Positions 27,714 to 38,489 are shown, numbered from the stretch's first letter. The stretch: 64,000 nucleotides of DNA from Nitrosopumilus sp. (GCA_965205215.1 OZ242041.1:416001-480000), one strand, 5' to 3'. Made by a program: numbers and translations. Notes: a model not told the origin generated them from the letters alone.

Positions 27714-28001
27714 ATGGCACTTGAGAAGGGCACCCTCCTGATGGGCGGCTTCAAGTATGTATACATTATAGTCTTCTTCATGTTCCTTGCCGGCTTCTTC
27801 CACCCGCTGATAACCAACACCAGTTTTGACATCGTGGTGATCGGGGTGCTGGTCCTCCTGCTGGGCCTCGCCGGCGGCATACTGCTGTACAGGTCGGCCA
27901 CCGACAGCGGCAGCGGAAAGAGGGGCGCGATTCTCGGGGCCGGCTTTGGCCTGATGGCCGTATCCGCGCTGGCAATCTACTACATGACCGGCAGGGTCTG
28001 A
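27714..28001 (+). CDS. Small three-TM membrane protein
   Basis: Three hydrophobic segments. Confidence 0.7.
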   Translation: MALEKGTLLMGGFKYVYIIVFFMFLAGFFHPLITNTSFDIVVIGVLVLLLGLAGGILLYRSATDSGSGKRGAILGAGFGLMAVSALAIYYMTGRV

Positions 28002-28019
28002 CGGGCGCACGCCGCGCAG

Positions 28020-29480
28020 CTAGACGTCAAAGTACAGGTAAAACTCGTGCGGGTGCGGCCTGATCGATATCTCGCGCTGGTCCCTCCTCTCCAGCTCTAT
28101 CACCTTGTCTATCACGTCGTCCGTGTATATGGACAGCAGGAACTTTCTGTCGCTCTCAAGCTCGTTGAGCGCGTCGCCCAGGCTCTTTGGCAGCACGTCG
28201 ATTCCGCGCTTTGCCCTGTCTGAGCGCGTCATCTTGAATATGTCGTCGTGTATCTGGTCGCCGGGCTCCATCTTCTTCTTGACGCCGTCCATGCCGGCCG
28301 CCGTTATGGCGGCGAACACCAGGTACGGGTTTGAGGACGGGTCGGGCGCCCTGAACTCCAAGCGCTTTAGGTGGGCGTACTGCTTGCCCGTCAGGTGCCT
28401 CGGGACCCTGACTATTGCCGAACGGTTCCCCGAACTCCACGCGATATATGCGGGCGCCTCGTAGCCGGGCACGAGCCTGTGGTACGAGTTCGTGGTGGGG
28501 TTGCAGATGGCGGAGAGCGCCTTTGCGTGCTCTATGACGCCGCCGCAAAAGTAGCGCGCCGTCTGGCTCAGCTCGTCCTCGCTGCCCGAGTCGTAGAACA
28601 TGTTCCGGTCCTTCTTCCAGAGACTGACGTTGACGTGCATTCCGCTGCCCGAGTCCATCGCAATGGGCTTGGGCATCATGGTGGCCACCTTGCCGTACTT
28701 TTGCGCTATGTTCCTGATTACGTACTTGTATGACTGCGCTGCGTCGGCCGCGTTGGTCAGGTGGTCATACCTGATGTCGATCTCGCACTGGCCCGCCGTC
28801 GCGACCTCGTGGTGGTGGTTGTCGCACAGTATCCCGAAGTTGTTCTGCAGTATGTTTACGCACTCGTTCCGGTATGGCGTAAGCGTGTCAGACGGGGTGC
28901 TCGGATAGTACCCCTCTTGGAGCCCCATCGGATACCCGTCGCCCTCCTGGCTCCACGGGGCCTCCTTGGACTCTATGGAGTATGACTGGCCCTTGTATGG
29001 CGTGAGCACGTCCCAGTGCACCTTGTCAAAGACAAAGAACTCTACCTCGGGGCCCCACGTTGAGTAGTCAAAGCCCTGGGACTTGATGTACTCCTCGGCC
29101 TTTTGCGCGATCCCCCTGGGGTCACGCGAGAGCCTGCCGCGGTCGCCCCCCCAGTATACGTCGCACAGCAGGCGCGCCGTCTTGTTCTCCGTCATCCACG
29201 GGATTATGGCAAACGTGTTGGGGTCCGGCTTTAGCAGCAGGTCCGAGTCGTCGATGCTGGTGAACCCTATTATCGACGAGCCGTCGAGCTTTGGCAGGCC
29301 GTCCCTCATCTGCTCCGGCGTGAAGGTGGCGGCCGATATGGTGGTATGGTGGAAGTGCCCGGTCAGTCCCGTAAACTGCAGGTCGATAAACTGGATGTTC
29401 TCGTGCTGTATCCTTGAGAAGACCTCGTCGGGTGAAAACTGAACCTGTATCGCCTTACCGTGACTGACTCTGTATGGCAT
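28020..29480 (-). CDS. glnA: Glutamine synthetase type I
   Basis: DGSSI, GPEVEFF, HHEVATAGQCEI, MPKP..GSGMH, SYHRLVPGYEAP, NRSA, LEFRAPDP. Confidence 0.97.
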   Translation of the reverse strand: MPYRVSHGKAIQVQFSPDEVFSRIQHENIQFIDLQFTGLTGHFHHTTISAATFTPEQMRDGLPKLDGSSIIGFTSIDDSDLLLKPDPNTFAIIPWMTENKTARLLCDVYWGGDRGRLSRDPRGIAQKAEEYIKSQGFDYSTWGPEVEFFVFDKVHWDVLTPYKGQSYSIESKEAPWSQEGDGYPMGLQEGYYPSTPSDTLTPYRNECVNILQNNFGILCDNHHHEVATAGQCEIDIRYDHLTNAADAAQSYKYVIRNIAQKYGKVATMMPKPIAMDSGSGMHVNVSLWKKDRNMFYDSGSEDELSQTARYFCGGVIEHAKALSAICNPTTNSYHRLVPGYEAPAYIAWSSGNRSAIVRVPRHLTGKQYAHLKRLEFRAPDPSSNPYLVFAAITAAGMDGVKKKMEPGDQIHDDIFKMTRSDRAKRGIDVLPKSLGDALNELESDRKFLLSIYTDDVIDKVIELERRDQREISIRPHPHEFYLYFDV

Positions 29481-29544
29481 ATCTCTGCGCTTCAACCAAA
29501 CACAAATAGAACCATCATTTAAGGTTTGGTAAGTAGTAACTGCA

Positions 29545-30177
29545 ATGTCCGGCTCCCCCTCCGACCCCTCCGCCCCCTCCGACCCCGCGCCCTTGGACAT
29601 GGACGCACAGACCCGGCTTGGCAAGCTGTATCACATGGTGCTGCGCGAGGTGGAGGACGAGTCGGCCCTCACCGAGATTGACTCGGGGCTGTACAGGGAG
29701 ATGTCCGAGTTCATAGGAAACCTGTCGCGGCAGGAGTATGCCGGGGTGGAGGACGAGGTCAAGGACCAGGCCATAGCAGTCTCATCCGGGCTGGTCTCCA
29801 TGCTGCTGAGGACGAGACTTGAGAAGGCCTCCAAGCTCAGGGCCGCGTCCGGCGCCGAGGAGGCCTCGCATGTGATGCAACGTCTGCTTGACGAGGAAAA
29901 GTACATCCTGGACTCCGAGGAGGAGCGCGACGAGCGCCGGGAGATCATACTGTCTGCGACCAAGAGCGGCAGGTCCAAGCTCCTCGAGTCGATATCCGAG
30001 AGGCACAAGGCAGACAGGATCGTAGTCCGTTTCCTCAAGGACGCGGAGCAGATGGTGGGGGCGGACATGAGCATGTACGGGCCGTTCAGGGCAGAGGACA
30101 TCGCGACCATTCCGCACGAGAACGCGCAGGCCCTGATATCCGAGAGGTCGGCCGCGCGGGTGCGCTGGGAGGACTAG
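29545..30177 (+). CDS. GINS complex subunit (GINS51-like)
   Basis: Helical A domain plus B domain VRFLKD..VGADM..YGPF..DIATIP.ENA. Confidence 0.8.
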   Translation: MSGSPSDPSAPSDPAPLDMDAQTRLGKLYHMVLREVEDESALTEIDSGLYREMSEFIGNLSRQEYAGVEDEVKDQAIAVSSGLVSMLLRTRLEKASKLRAASGAEEASHVMQRLLDEEKYILDSEEERDERREIILSATKSGRSKLLESISERHKADRIVVRFLKDAEQMVGADMSMYGPFRAEDIATIPHENAQALISERSAARVRWED

Positions 30178-30219
30178 CCGCCACATAGGTAGAAATTACA
30201 AGCGCGCCCAGCGTACTGC

Positions 30220-30504
30220 ATGTCGCACACGGGAGTCGACGTGATAGATTTTCTGTTTTACACGATATATCCGGTGATCGGGCTCCTTGCCATAGAGGGG
30301 CTGGCCAGGCTCGTGCGCGCCCCGAAGTGGTCCAAGCTCTGGGCGCAGGCGGCCCTCTCAATCGGCTTTGGCGTGTACTACTGGTTCGTGCTGCCGGCGC
30401 CCCAGAACTTTCCGATGACCGCGCTCGTCCTGTTTGCGCTAGCCGCGGCCCTCATCTACCAGGGAAAGCGCGCAAGGATATCGCCTGACAAGAGCCCGTA
30501 CTAG
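30220..30504 (+). CDS. Small membrane protein
   Basis: Three hydrophobic segments. Confidence 0.7.
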   Translation: MSHTGVDVIDFLFYTIYPVIGLLAIEGLARLVRAPKWSKLWAQAALSIGFGVYYWFVLPAPQNFPMTALVLFALAAALIYQGKRARISPDKSPY

Positions 30505-30574
30505 TTGTTAGCGGGCCTCTTCGGCGTCTGTTCGCGGTTCCCCGCCCGTTCGTCCGCCATGCCTGCGGCCGCCG

Positions 30575-30796
30575 TCAGAACCGCCCGAATATGCGCCTGA
30601 ACACGCTTGGCTTGCCGCGGCCGCCGTCCCGTATCACGCCCTTCTCCCCGAACCTCCTTGCCCTTATCTGGCTGAGCTTTACGCAGCGGTGCTCCTCGGG
30701 TAGCCTGTGCTCGGCGCAGAACGGATCCTTGCAGTAGTTGCACTGGAACGGCATGTCAGTCAAGTCCCCGCAGTAGGCGCAGTTCTCCGCGTTCAT
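30575..30796 (-). CDS. AN1-type zinc-finger protein
   Basis: CAYC..PFQCNYCKDPFCAEHRLPEEHRC. Confidence 0.9.
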   Translation of the reverse strand: MNAENCAYCGDLTDMPFQCNYCKDPFCAEHRLPEEHRCVKLSQIRARRFGEKGVIRDGGRGKPSVFRRIFGRF

Positions 30797-31000
30797 GACA
30801 CCTGTGTGACGCTGCGGCTGTTAATCAAGTTTTAGTAGCGCGGAGTCGCGGACGCGTCGCGCGCCAATGTTGTTGGCGGCGGTGACGACGACATGTTGCA
30901 ACACGGTGACTAGCGCGGTGACTGCAACACGGTGACTGTAACGGCGCACGACGGCGACACTCCTAAAGATTTTTAGCCGCCCGCGGCCCGCCGGCCCCGT

Positions 31001-31741
31001 ATGATAAAGGACAAGGTCGCCATCGTAACGGGCGCCAGCAGCGGGATCGGGCTTGCCACCGCGCTTGCCCTCTCAAGGGCGGGCGCCAAGGTGGCCATCG
31101 GGGCCCGCCGGACCGACAAGCTGGCCGACCTTGCGGGCGTGATAGAGAAGGGGGGTGGCAGCGTCATGTACCGGAGACTTGACGTGACGCAGCGGTCCGA
31201 GTGCGAGGGGTTTGCCGCGGCCGTCCTTGAAAAATGGGGCTCCATTGACATCCTGGTGAACAACGCGGGGCTGATGCCGCTGAGCTTCTTTCAGAGCCTG
31301 AAGATAGACGAGTGGGACAGGATGGTCGACGTCAACCTCAAGGGCGTGCTGTACTGCACGGCGGCGGTCATATCCCACATGAAGGAGAAAAAGTCCGGGC
31401 ACATAATCAACATCTCGTCCGTGGCCGGCAGGACCGTGTTCCCGTCCGGCAGCGTGTACTGCGCCACCAAGCACGCGGTGACGGCGCTAAGCGAGGGCCT
31501 CAGGCAGGAGTTCAGCACGCGCTCGAACGTACGCGTCACGTGCATCGAGCCGGGCGTGGTGGACACGGAACTGAACTCCACCATAACCGACGAGTCGCTT
31601 GCCGGCTTTGTGAAAAAGGCAAAGGAGATGGAGTCGCTCAGGGCCGAGGACATTGCAGACGCAATAGTCTACGCAGCCGGGGCCCCGCCGCACGCCAACA
31701 TAAACGAGATTCTCATCAGGCCCACCACGCAGGAGCGCTGA
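31001..31741 (+). CDS. SDR-family oxidoreductase
   Basis: TGASSGIG, NNAG, YCATK. Confidence 0.93.
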   Translation: MIKDKVAIVTGASSGIGLATALALSRAGAKVAIGARRTDKLADLAGVIEKGGGSVMYRRLDVTQRSECEGFAAAVLEKWGSIDILVNNAGLMPLSFFQSLKIDEWDRMVDVNLKGVLYCTAAVISHMKEKKSGHIINISSVAGRTVFPSGSVYCATKHAVTALSEGLRQEFSTRSNVRVTCIEPGVVDTELNSTITDESLAGFVKKAKEMESLRAEDIADAIVYAAGAPPHANINEILIRPTTQER

Positions 31742-31854
31742 CAGGGCCCTGTTTTCGAACCCGCACGCCGGCCGGCGTCCGGGCCGCAGGGATGAGCGCA
31801 GTCTTCTACTACGGTACTCCTTCCCCGGCGCCTCGGCGCGCAAGGGGCCGCGCG

Positions 31855-32085
31855 TCACTTCTCTTCGGATTCGGCCTTCTCCCTTGCAAGGTGCTCCAGA
31901 ATGGCCTTTATCTCGACACCGAGTTCGCCGGGGTTTTTTGCCATGTCGAGCTTTTCTGGTATGGACTCCTTTAGGCCCTCGTCCTCCATCTCTATCCTTC
32001 TCTGCTGTACGCAGTCGGTGTGGTCCGAGTCCGTCGCCGATATCCTGTTGCAGATGCGGCAGACCCTCATGTATGTGATCTGCAA
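31855..32085 (-). CDS. Small hypothetical protein
   Basis: CRIC..DHTDC motif then charged helices. Confidence 0.6.
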   Translation of the reverse strand: MQITYMRVCRICNRISATDSDHTDCVQQRRIEMEDEGLKESIPEKLDMAKNPGELGVEIKAILEHLAREKAESEEK

Positions 32086-32124
32086 TACGACGGTTTAATA
32101 ATTTCGTGTTTCGGCCTTTTGCAA

Positions 32125-32201
32125 GGGATCGTCGTCTAGCTTGGTATGATACTAGTCTGGGGGGCTAGTGGTCGCAGGTTCAAATCCTGCCGGTCCCACC
32201 A
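32125..32201 (+). tRNA. tRNA-Pro(GGG)
   Basis: GGGATCG/CGGTCCC acceptor, CTAGT CTGGGGG GCTAG anticodon arm, GCAGG TTCAAAT CCTGC T arm, ACCA encoded. Confidence 0.95.
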
Positions 32202-32319
32202 CTTATCACGGCAGACGCGCGCCCGCGGTGCCGCACGGCCCGTCGGCCCATCGGAATTCCGGGCGGGCGGCGCGCGGCTGCCTGCTACATTTTATAGCCG
32301 CGGCGCGCGCGGCAACAGC

Positions 32320-32982
32320 ATGAGGGTGTTCGTGGCAGTGGAGATTACCGAACCCGGCATAACGGGCGCCATTGAGAACCTGCAGTCAGAGCTGCTGCGG
32401 GCAGAACCCGGGGGCGCAAGGCCTGTCGGCGCCGGCCTGCTCCACATCACGCTTCAGTTCCTTGGGGAGATGCCGGAGGGTGCGGAGAGCCGGGTCATAG
32501 GCGCGCTCGGCTCGATCAAGTTTGACGCCTTTGACGTCAGGATAGGCGGGGTGGGGGCGTTTCCAAACGCCAGATCGCCCAGGGTGGTATGGGTGGGGGC
32601 GTCGCCGTCGCCGCCCATAACGGCGACCTCAGCGGCGCAGGGAGGCGGCCGGCCCGGTGGCACCGTCTCCGGCCGCGGCGACAACGACGGGCCGGCCCCC
32701 GCCGCGGGTGCGGCGCCCAGCTGCCCGAAACTGCAGGATCTGGCGCAGAGGGTGTCAGGAGTGCTGGGCCCCCTGGGATACAAGCCTGACAAGCCGTTCA
32801 GGCCGCACTGCACCATATTCAGGATTAAAAGGAGGGTAGACATTGCCAAAGAGTTGAGGGAGATGGCCGGCAGATCATTTGGGGTGCAGAGGGTGAAAAG
32901 CTTCAAGCTAAAACGGAGCCTGCTGACCCCCCAGGGGCCGGTCTACAGCGACCTTGCGGTGGTGGAGGGTGCCGAGAATTGA
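32320..32982 (+). CDS. thpR: RNA 2',3'-cyclic phosphodiesterase (2H family)
   Basis: MRVFVAV, HITL and PHCTI motifs. Confidence 0.9.
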   Translation: MRVFVAVEITEPGITGAIENLQSELLRAEPGGARPVGAGLLHITLQFLGEMPEGAESRVIGALGSIKFDAFDVRIGGVGAFPNARSPRVVWVGASPSPPITATSAAQGGGRPGGTVSGRGDNDGPAPAAGAAPSCPKLQDLAQRVSGVLGPLGYKPDKPFRPHCTIFRIKRRVDIAKELREMAGRSFGVQRVKSFKLKRSLLTPQGPVYSDLAVVEGAEN

Positions 32983-34397
32983 GCGGGACGGCGGCCGTAA
33001 AAAAGGGGAGAGGGAGAAAGAAGGGAACCGACATCAGGAAGGCCATAGCAGACGCCCGCGACGCGGCCAGGCCCACCGACGCGCAGGCCTCCCGGGCCAA
33101 GAGGCTGGCCGACATGGTACTGGGCCTGGTCTCCGAGGAGGCCGCAAAGCATCCGGAGATACTGGACGTGGAGGTGGGGGGCTCCTACAGGAAGGGCACG
33201 TGGCTTGCCAAGCCCGAGATGGACGTCGACGTCTACCTCAGGTTTGACCGCGGCACGGAACAGGATCGGTTCAAGGACGTTGCAATCGACGTGGGGCGCG
33301 CAGCCCTCAGGGACTTTGCGCCATACCTCAAGTTCTCGGACCATCCCTACGTGGAGGCCAGGCTTCAGAGGGGCGTCCTGGCAAACGTGGTGCCTTGCTA
33401 TGACGTCGACGAGGGCCGGTGGCAGAGCGCGGCGGATCGCTCCAGATTCCACGTACAGTACATGACCAGAAAACTGACCAAGAAGATGAGGGACGACGTC
33501 AGGCTTCTCAAGTCCTTTCTAAAGGCAAACGGGCTGTACGGTGCCCAGGTTGCAACCAACGGGTTTAGCGGGTACGTCGCCGAGGTTCTGGTCTCGCATT
33601 ATGGCAGCTTTGAGGGGGTCGTAAGGGCGTTTGCACGTGACGTGGTCCCCGGCTACGTCATAGGCCGGACGGCAAGGGAGTTTACGGGAATCATATCGAT
33701 AATCGATCCCATTGACGGCAACAGGAACCTGGCGGCCGCGATATCCAGCGCGAACGTGGTGAGGTTCATACTCGCGTGCCGGGCATTTGTAAGGGCGCCC
33801 TCGGCTGACTTTTTTGACGGGCGCCGCGCCAAGAGGTCCGGAAGAAGGGTGGCCCGGAGATACTGGGACAACCTACTGGTGGTGAGGTTCGGGTTCAGGA
33901 AGAGGGCGCCCGACGTGATATGGGGGCAGACGAAAAAGTCCGCCGCAAAGCTTGCAAAAAAGCTGGCACAGGACGGCTTTACCGTGCACAGGCATGGCGC
34001 GCACGTCGAGACCGGGGAGGGGCGGGGATACCTCTTCGTGCTGCTGGGCGCAACTGAGATCCCGCCCGTGTATGTGCAGTACGGCCCCGAGTTCTCCATG
34101 TCAGAGAACTTGGACGCGTACATCGGAAAGAACCTCGGGGACTCGGAGATGATGTGGGTGGACGCCAAGGGAAGGCTGGCGGCGCTCAAAAAGTGGGACG
34201 ACACGAGGGCCGACGCGCACGCAAGGCGCCTCCTGAACCGGGAGAGCGCGGGGGGGAGCGGCGACGCGCTGCTGCCGCCGGGGCGGGAGGGCAGGCCAAA
34301 GGTATGGATTGGAAGCGCCGCGGATCTGGGCGCGGCGGCCAGGGGCGCGGCCGAGGAGCTGATTGCAACCGATGCGGCGATCGTACGTCTCAGTTGA
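32979..34397 (+). CDS. cca: Archaeal CCA-adding enzyme
   Basis: GGSYRKGTWL..DVDVY, HPYV, VVPCY, SAADRS, GFSGY, DPID.NRN. Confidence 0.93.
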   Translation: MSGTAAVKKGRGRKKGTDIRKAIADARDAARPTDAQASRAKRLADMVLGLVSEEAAKHPEILDVEVGGSYRKGTWLAKPEMDVDVYLRFDRGTEQDRFKDVAIDVGRAALRDFAPYLKFSDHPYVEARLQRGVLANVVPCYDVDEGRWQSAADRSRFHVQYMTRKLTKKMRDDVRLLKSFLKANGLYGAQVATNGFSGYVAEVLVSHYGSFEGVVRAFARDVVPGYVIGRTAREFTGIISIIDPIDGNRNLAAAISSANVVRFILACRAFVRAPSADFFDGRRAKRSGRRVARRYWDNLLVVRFGFRKRAPDVIWGQTKKSAAKLAKKLAQDGFTVHRHGAHVETGEGRGYLFVLLGATEIPPVYVQYGPEFSMSENLDAYIGKNLGDSEMMWVDAKGRLAALKKWDDTRADAHARRLLNRESAGGSGDALLPPGREGRPKVWIGSAADLGAAARGAAEELIATDAAIVRLS

Positions 34398-35145
34398 CAG
34401 CGTGTCCGGCGACCCGGACGCGCTGGCAGTCTTCGGGTATCCGCGCGCCACCCCGCGGCAGAAGAAGGCGCGGCTGCGGGAGCTCTCAAAACTTGGAATC
34501 GACTCTGTCTCGTTCTCGGGCCCCACGATCTTGGGCAGGACGCGCGTGCTCGGCAAGGGGTACGTCGGGGTAGTGGTTCTGGGCAGGGATTCGGGCGGCA
34601 GGCGCCTTGCCATAAAGGCGCGGCGGGCGGACTCGCCGAGGCCGCACATGGGGGGCGAGGCGTCCCTGCTTGGCGCGGCCAACGCGGCGGGGGTGGGGCC
34701 CAGGCTGGTCTCCTACAGCCGGAACTTCCTTGTCATGCAGTACGCCGGCGGCAGGAGAATAGGCGACTGGCTTGACGCGCTCCGGGGCGCCGGCACGTCA
34801 GCAAGATTCAGGCGCGCCGCAAGATCGATAATATCCGACTGCCACAAGCTTGACGAGGCCGGGATAGACCACGGCGAGCTCGTCCGCATCTCAAAGCACG
34901 TCATCATCTCAGAGCGGGGCGACAGGCCGGTCATAATAGACTTTGAGAGCGCCAGCACGGCGCGCAGGCCCTCGAACGTCACGTCCATAACCCAGGCCAT
35001 CTTCATCTCCCCGCCCCTGGCAGGAAAGGTCCGGAGAATCTGCAGGGTTCCGCCCAAGGACGAGGTGATAGCAAGCCTCAGGGAGTACAAGCACTCGCGG
35101 GACGGGCGCGCCCTTGCACGGCTGCTTGGAAGGCTGGGCCTGTAA
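34363..35145 (+). CDS. RIO-like Ser/Thr protein kinase
   Basis: LGKGYVGVV, AIK, IDHGEL, IIDFESAS. Confidence 0.85.
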   Translation: MQPMRRSYVSVDSVSGDPDALAVFGYPRATPRQKKARLRELSKLGIDSVSFSGPTILGRTRVLGKGYVGVVVLGRDSGGRRLAIKARRADSPRPHMGGEASLLGAANAAGVGPRLVSYSRNFLVMQYAGGRRIGDWLDALRGAGTSARFRRAARSIISDCHKLDEAGIDHGELVRISKHVIISERGDRPVIIDFESASTARRPSNVTSITQAIFISPPLAGKVRRICRVPPKDEVIASLREYKHSRDGRALARLLGRLGL

Positions 35146-35344
35146 GAAGTGGTGGCGCAGCACGCCTTGGCAGTGGAAACAGCAGCAACACCCATGCTCA
35201 GTACGTTCTAGGACGCGCCCCGACGGGGGCCAATGACGCAAAACAACGGAGGCGGCGGGACGCGCAAGCCGCCGGAAGGGGCACTGCTCCGGCGTGCTGC
35301 ACCAGTAGGTAACTTCATAATGCAAGCGCGGTGAACACCGGCCG

Positions 35345-35956
35345 TTGAACCGGGGGAAGAAGGTGCTCGTCGTGTGCCTGACCGGCATGCCGGGGGCAGG
35401 CAAGTCAACTATTGCGGACGGGCTGCGCGCCCTGTACGGGTACGACACGGTGAACATGGGGGATGCGGTCCGCGAGGAGGCCAAGAGGCGCAACCTTGAG
35501 CCCACCCGGTCGAACCTTGGCAGGATAATGCTGGAGCTACGCGAGAAGAACGGGCCTGGTGCCATAGCCGAGCTCGTGCGCCCACGGATCTCGCAGGCGG
35601 ATTCTGACGTGGTGCTGGTCGACGGGGTGCGCTCAAATGCCGAGATAAGATCGCTCTCAGAGATTGGCACGCTAAAGGTGCTGGCCGTCCATGCCTCTGC
35701 CGGCACGCGGTTTGGATTTCTGCAGGAGAGGGGGAGGCCCGACGATCCGCAGACGCGGGACCACTTTGAGGAGAGGGACACGCGCGAGATGGCGGTGGGG
35801 ATAAGCGACTCCATAGCGCTGTCCGACTACGCCATATCAAACGCGGGCCTGACAAAGGAACAGCTGGTCGGGGAGGCGTACCGTGTCGTAAGCATGTGGC
35901 TGCGCGAGAGCGGCAACGGCGGCAACGGCGACGTGACGCCCGCCGATGCGACGTGA
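35345..35956 (+). CDS. P-loop kinase (UPF0200, dephospho-CoA-kinase-like)
   Basis: TGMPGAGKST, MGDAVR, DGVRS, RGRPDD. Confidence 0.85.
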   Translation: MNRGKKVLVVCLTGMPGAGKSTIADGLRALYGYDTVNMGDAVREEAKRRNLEPTRSNLGRIMLELREKNGPGAIAELVRPRISQADSDVVLVDGVRSNAEIRSLSEIGTLKVLAVHASAGTRFGFLQERGRPDDPQTRDHFEERDTREMAVGISDSIALSDYAISNAGLTKEQLVGEAYRVVSMWLRESGNGGNGDVTPADAT

Positions 35957-36043
35957 CGCCCGCCATTTTGAGCGCGGGATCGGCGCAAGTGATATTTGAC
36001 GGCGGTAGCAGCAGCAGTAGCAGTGGCGGAGGTGGTGTGAACA

Positions 36044-36463
36044 GTGTCCAAAACGTCATATGATGCGGTCATCCCTGCGGCCGTACCCAGGGCCAGGTTC
36101 AGGGCAGCTGCCCCCGTGTACCCGTCTGAGGATCCCGCAAAGGTGGAGGCGGCAGTCAACAACGTCTTTGACGGCGAGACGAGGCGGCAGCGATTCTCAG
36201 TCGTGTCCGACGCGTCGGCCGCATCCTCCCTTGAGCGCGTGCGCGAGGCGATCCGCACGGGGGCGGAATCCAGGAGCGCGTACAGGCGCAACTTGGCAGA
36301 CAACACCAACGGAGGCTCCGCCTGGTTCTACCTCAACAAGCAGGCCGCCTTTGCTGGCCGCGTGGCAATATGCCGCGAGTCCGACGAGTCCCCGCTCGGG
36401 CCGGTCAAGATAACCATCGAGTCCGCGAATCCCCAGGGGATAATCGACTGGCTTCTGGGGTGA
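36044..36463 (+). CDS. DUF54/UPF0201 putative RNA-binding protein
   Basis: PSEDPAKV..LNKQAAFAG..ESPLGP. Confidence 0.85.
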   Translation: MSKTSYDAVIPAAVPRARFRAAAPVYPSEDPAKVEAAVNNVFDGETRRQRFSVVSDASAASSLERVREAIRTGAESRSAYRRNLADNTNGGSAWFYLNKQAAFAGRVAICRESDESPLGPVKITIESANPQGIIDWLLG

Positions 36464-36632
36464 CCTGCACCCCCGCGCGCAAGCCCTCCGCGCCACTTCT
36501 GCGAACTGTCACACCAGCACGGAGCCGCGCGCAGGACGCCGCACTGCAGGACCGTCAGGCCCATGCCCTGCCCGCGCTGGTAAAGAAAATTTATCCAATA
36601 TACCTGATCTTTTTTAGCTGGGCCGTAATATC

Positions 36633-36995
36633 GTGACGCGGCAACCACGCATCATGCTGATAAAGATTGGAATCGTAGCCGGGCTTGTGATTCTGGGAGG
36701 CATGATATTCTACAACGAGCTGGGCACGCTGTTTCCAAGCACGGTCTCCACCGTGCCCGAGTCCCTGGCAGAGGACGTTGAGAAGCTTGGCGGCGAGGCC
36801 ACCGGCTTTGTAGAGGAGAGGATCAACGAGTCGGCAATGCAGATTGAGAGCATGACAGACGAGGCCACAAGCGGCATAGTCGAGAACATCCAGGGCGCCC
36901 AGGAGCGCATCATCGGAGGGGCCTCATCCATAAACCCGATCGAGCCGCTGCAAGAGGTCTTGGCAGGCGTCGACGCGCCGGCCGGGGAGACGTAG
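36633..36995 (+). CDS. Membrane-anchored acidic hypothetical protein
   Basis: N-terminal TM, amphipathic acidic helix. Confidence 0.65.
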   Translation: MTRQPRIMLIKIGIVAGLVILGGMIFYNELGTLFPSTVSTVPESLAEDVEKLGGEATGFVEERINESAMQIESMTDEATSGIVENIQGAQERIIGGASSINPIEPLQEVLAGVDAPAGET

Positions 36996-37036
36996 CGGCG
37001 CCCGCGCCGCGGCTGTCCTGCCGCCCGCCGGGTTGG

Positions 37037-38233
37037 TCACTCCGACGGAGCCTTCCACCACTGCCACCTGCGCATCATGGTCCACTTTACCGCGAGCGCC
37101 GTTATGACCAGGTATATCATTATGCCGACGGGCTCTATCCAGTTGTCATTGTTGCCGTACCCGGCCGCGATTCCCAGCGCGGGCTCCACCACATAAAGGA
37201 ACAGCACGCCCGCCGCGAGGGGCGCCATCGCGACGAAGAATATCATCAGTGTCCACGTGTCCCTGACGGCCTTGGCAAGATCGCGGTACGTGCCGTGCGG
37301 CTTTTTCCACCTGCCGGGGCCGGTCCAGACCTGCATGCCGCTCACGTACCAGTATACCATGCCTTGGAATATCATGGCGCCTATGATGTTCCCCAGCGTG
37401 ACCGGGACCAGGTTGTTGAACCACGCCTCCCCCCACGTATAGTCCGCCCCGGCCCAGATTCCGGCCGAGAGCGCAAAGTGGTTGACGATGCTGTGCTCAA
37501 ACCCTATTGCAAAAAAGATCGAGACCGGTATCCCGATCAAAAGGAGCCGCCCCACGGTATCCTTTGCCCTGAACGCGCCCCACACGCCCATCGCAATCAG
37601 CCAGTTTGCAAATATCCCCCTGTAGAATAGCTGCTCCCATGTCAGATCGTGCACCTTTGTCGTTCCTATGTCCTGGAGCACCTCCATCATTGTAGAGCCT
37701 ATCGGACCGGCCTGCGCCGCCCCTATTACGATCATCCACGCGATCACAAACCCGCCTATCCAGTGTCCGGCGTGCGTTATGGTCCACTCCCAGAGCACCT
37801 CGCGCCAACGCGATCGCTGCGTCATCATGGCCAGGCCGCCGGTCATATAGTCCCCGGTCACAAGGTTTGATCCATAGAGTATCACCAGGCCCAGGGCCGA
37901 GAATCCGAACACCCCGAAGGCCAGAAACTTGCCCAGTCCCACCGACAGGTCCACTGACACGTACGCCATTATCATCCACGCCAGAAACGCCGCAAACGCA
38001 AGGTATACGACGGCCTGCCAGCCCATGAGCAGGCCCTGCGCTGGATTTATCTTCGTCTTGGCGACCCCGAGGCCGCTGAGGGTCCTGATCGTCTCCGGTA
38101 TGTTGAAGATGCCCACCATTATGCGGGGAGGCCCAAAACCGTCTTCCTCCGCATCGGAACCCGCAGGTTCCGCGGCCCCTTTGCCTTCCTCCTCCCCCTT
38201 CCCTTCTGCCGGCCCCGGGACATCGTCTGGCAT
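37037..38233 (-). CDS. Formate/nitrite transporter (FNT) family channel
   Basis: NLVTG, GIFANWL, GFEHSIVN, PVTLGNIIG. Confidence 0.88.
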   Translation of the reverse strand: MPDDVPGPAEGKGEEEGKGAAEPAGSDAEEDGFGPPRIMVGIFNIPETIRTLSGLGVAKTKINPAQGLLMGWQAVVYLAFAAFLAWMIMAYVSVDLSVGLGKFLAFGVFGFSALGLVILYGSNLVTGDYMTGGLAMMTQRSRWREVLWEWTITHAGHWIGGFVIAWMIVIGAAQAGPIGSTMMEVLQDIGTTKVHDLTWEQLFYRGIFANWLIAMGVWGAFRAKDTVGRLLLIGIPVSIFFAIGFEHSIVNHFALSAGIWAGADYTWGEAWFNNLVPVTLGNIIGAMIFQGMVYWYVSGMQVWTGPGRWKKPHGTYRDLAKAVRDTWTLMIFFVAMAPLAAGVLFLYVVEPALGIAAGYGNNDNWIEPVGIMIYLVITALAVKWTMMRRWQWWKAPSE

Positions 38234-38489
38234 AGTCCGCGTGTCACTGCTGCGTTAATAAGGTGTTACAGTCTGGGACTGCACCCTCGGATCACCCTGC
38301 ATAGCGCGGCGGGCCGGCGCCGCCCCCCCTGCGCAGGTGGGTCGCAGTGACAGGATATAGTGTGCGGCGGCCCCGCCGGATGACACCTTTTGCCTGCGGC
38401 AGGCACGCGGGGGGCGACCTGCCTTCGGGGCCAGCCAGAACAACCCTGTTTCATAAATTTTAATATAACACGGGTTTTGCCCCCTAACA

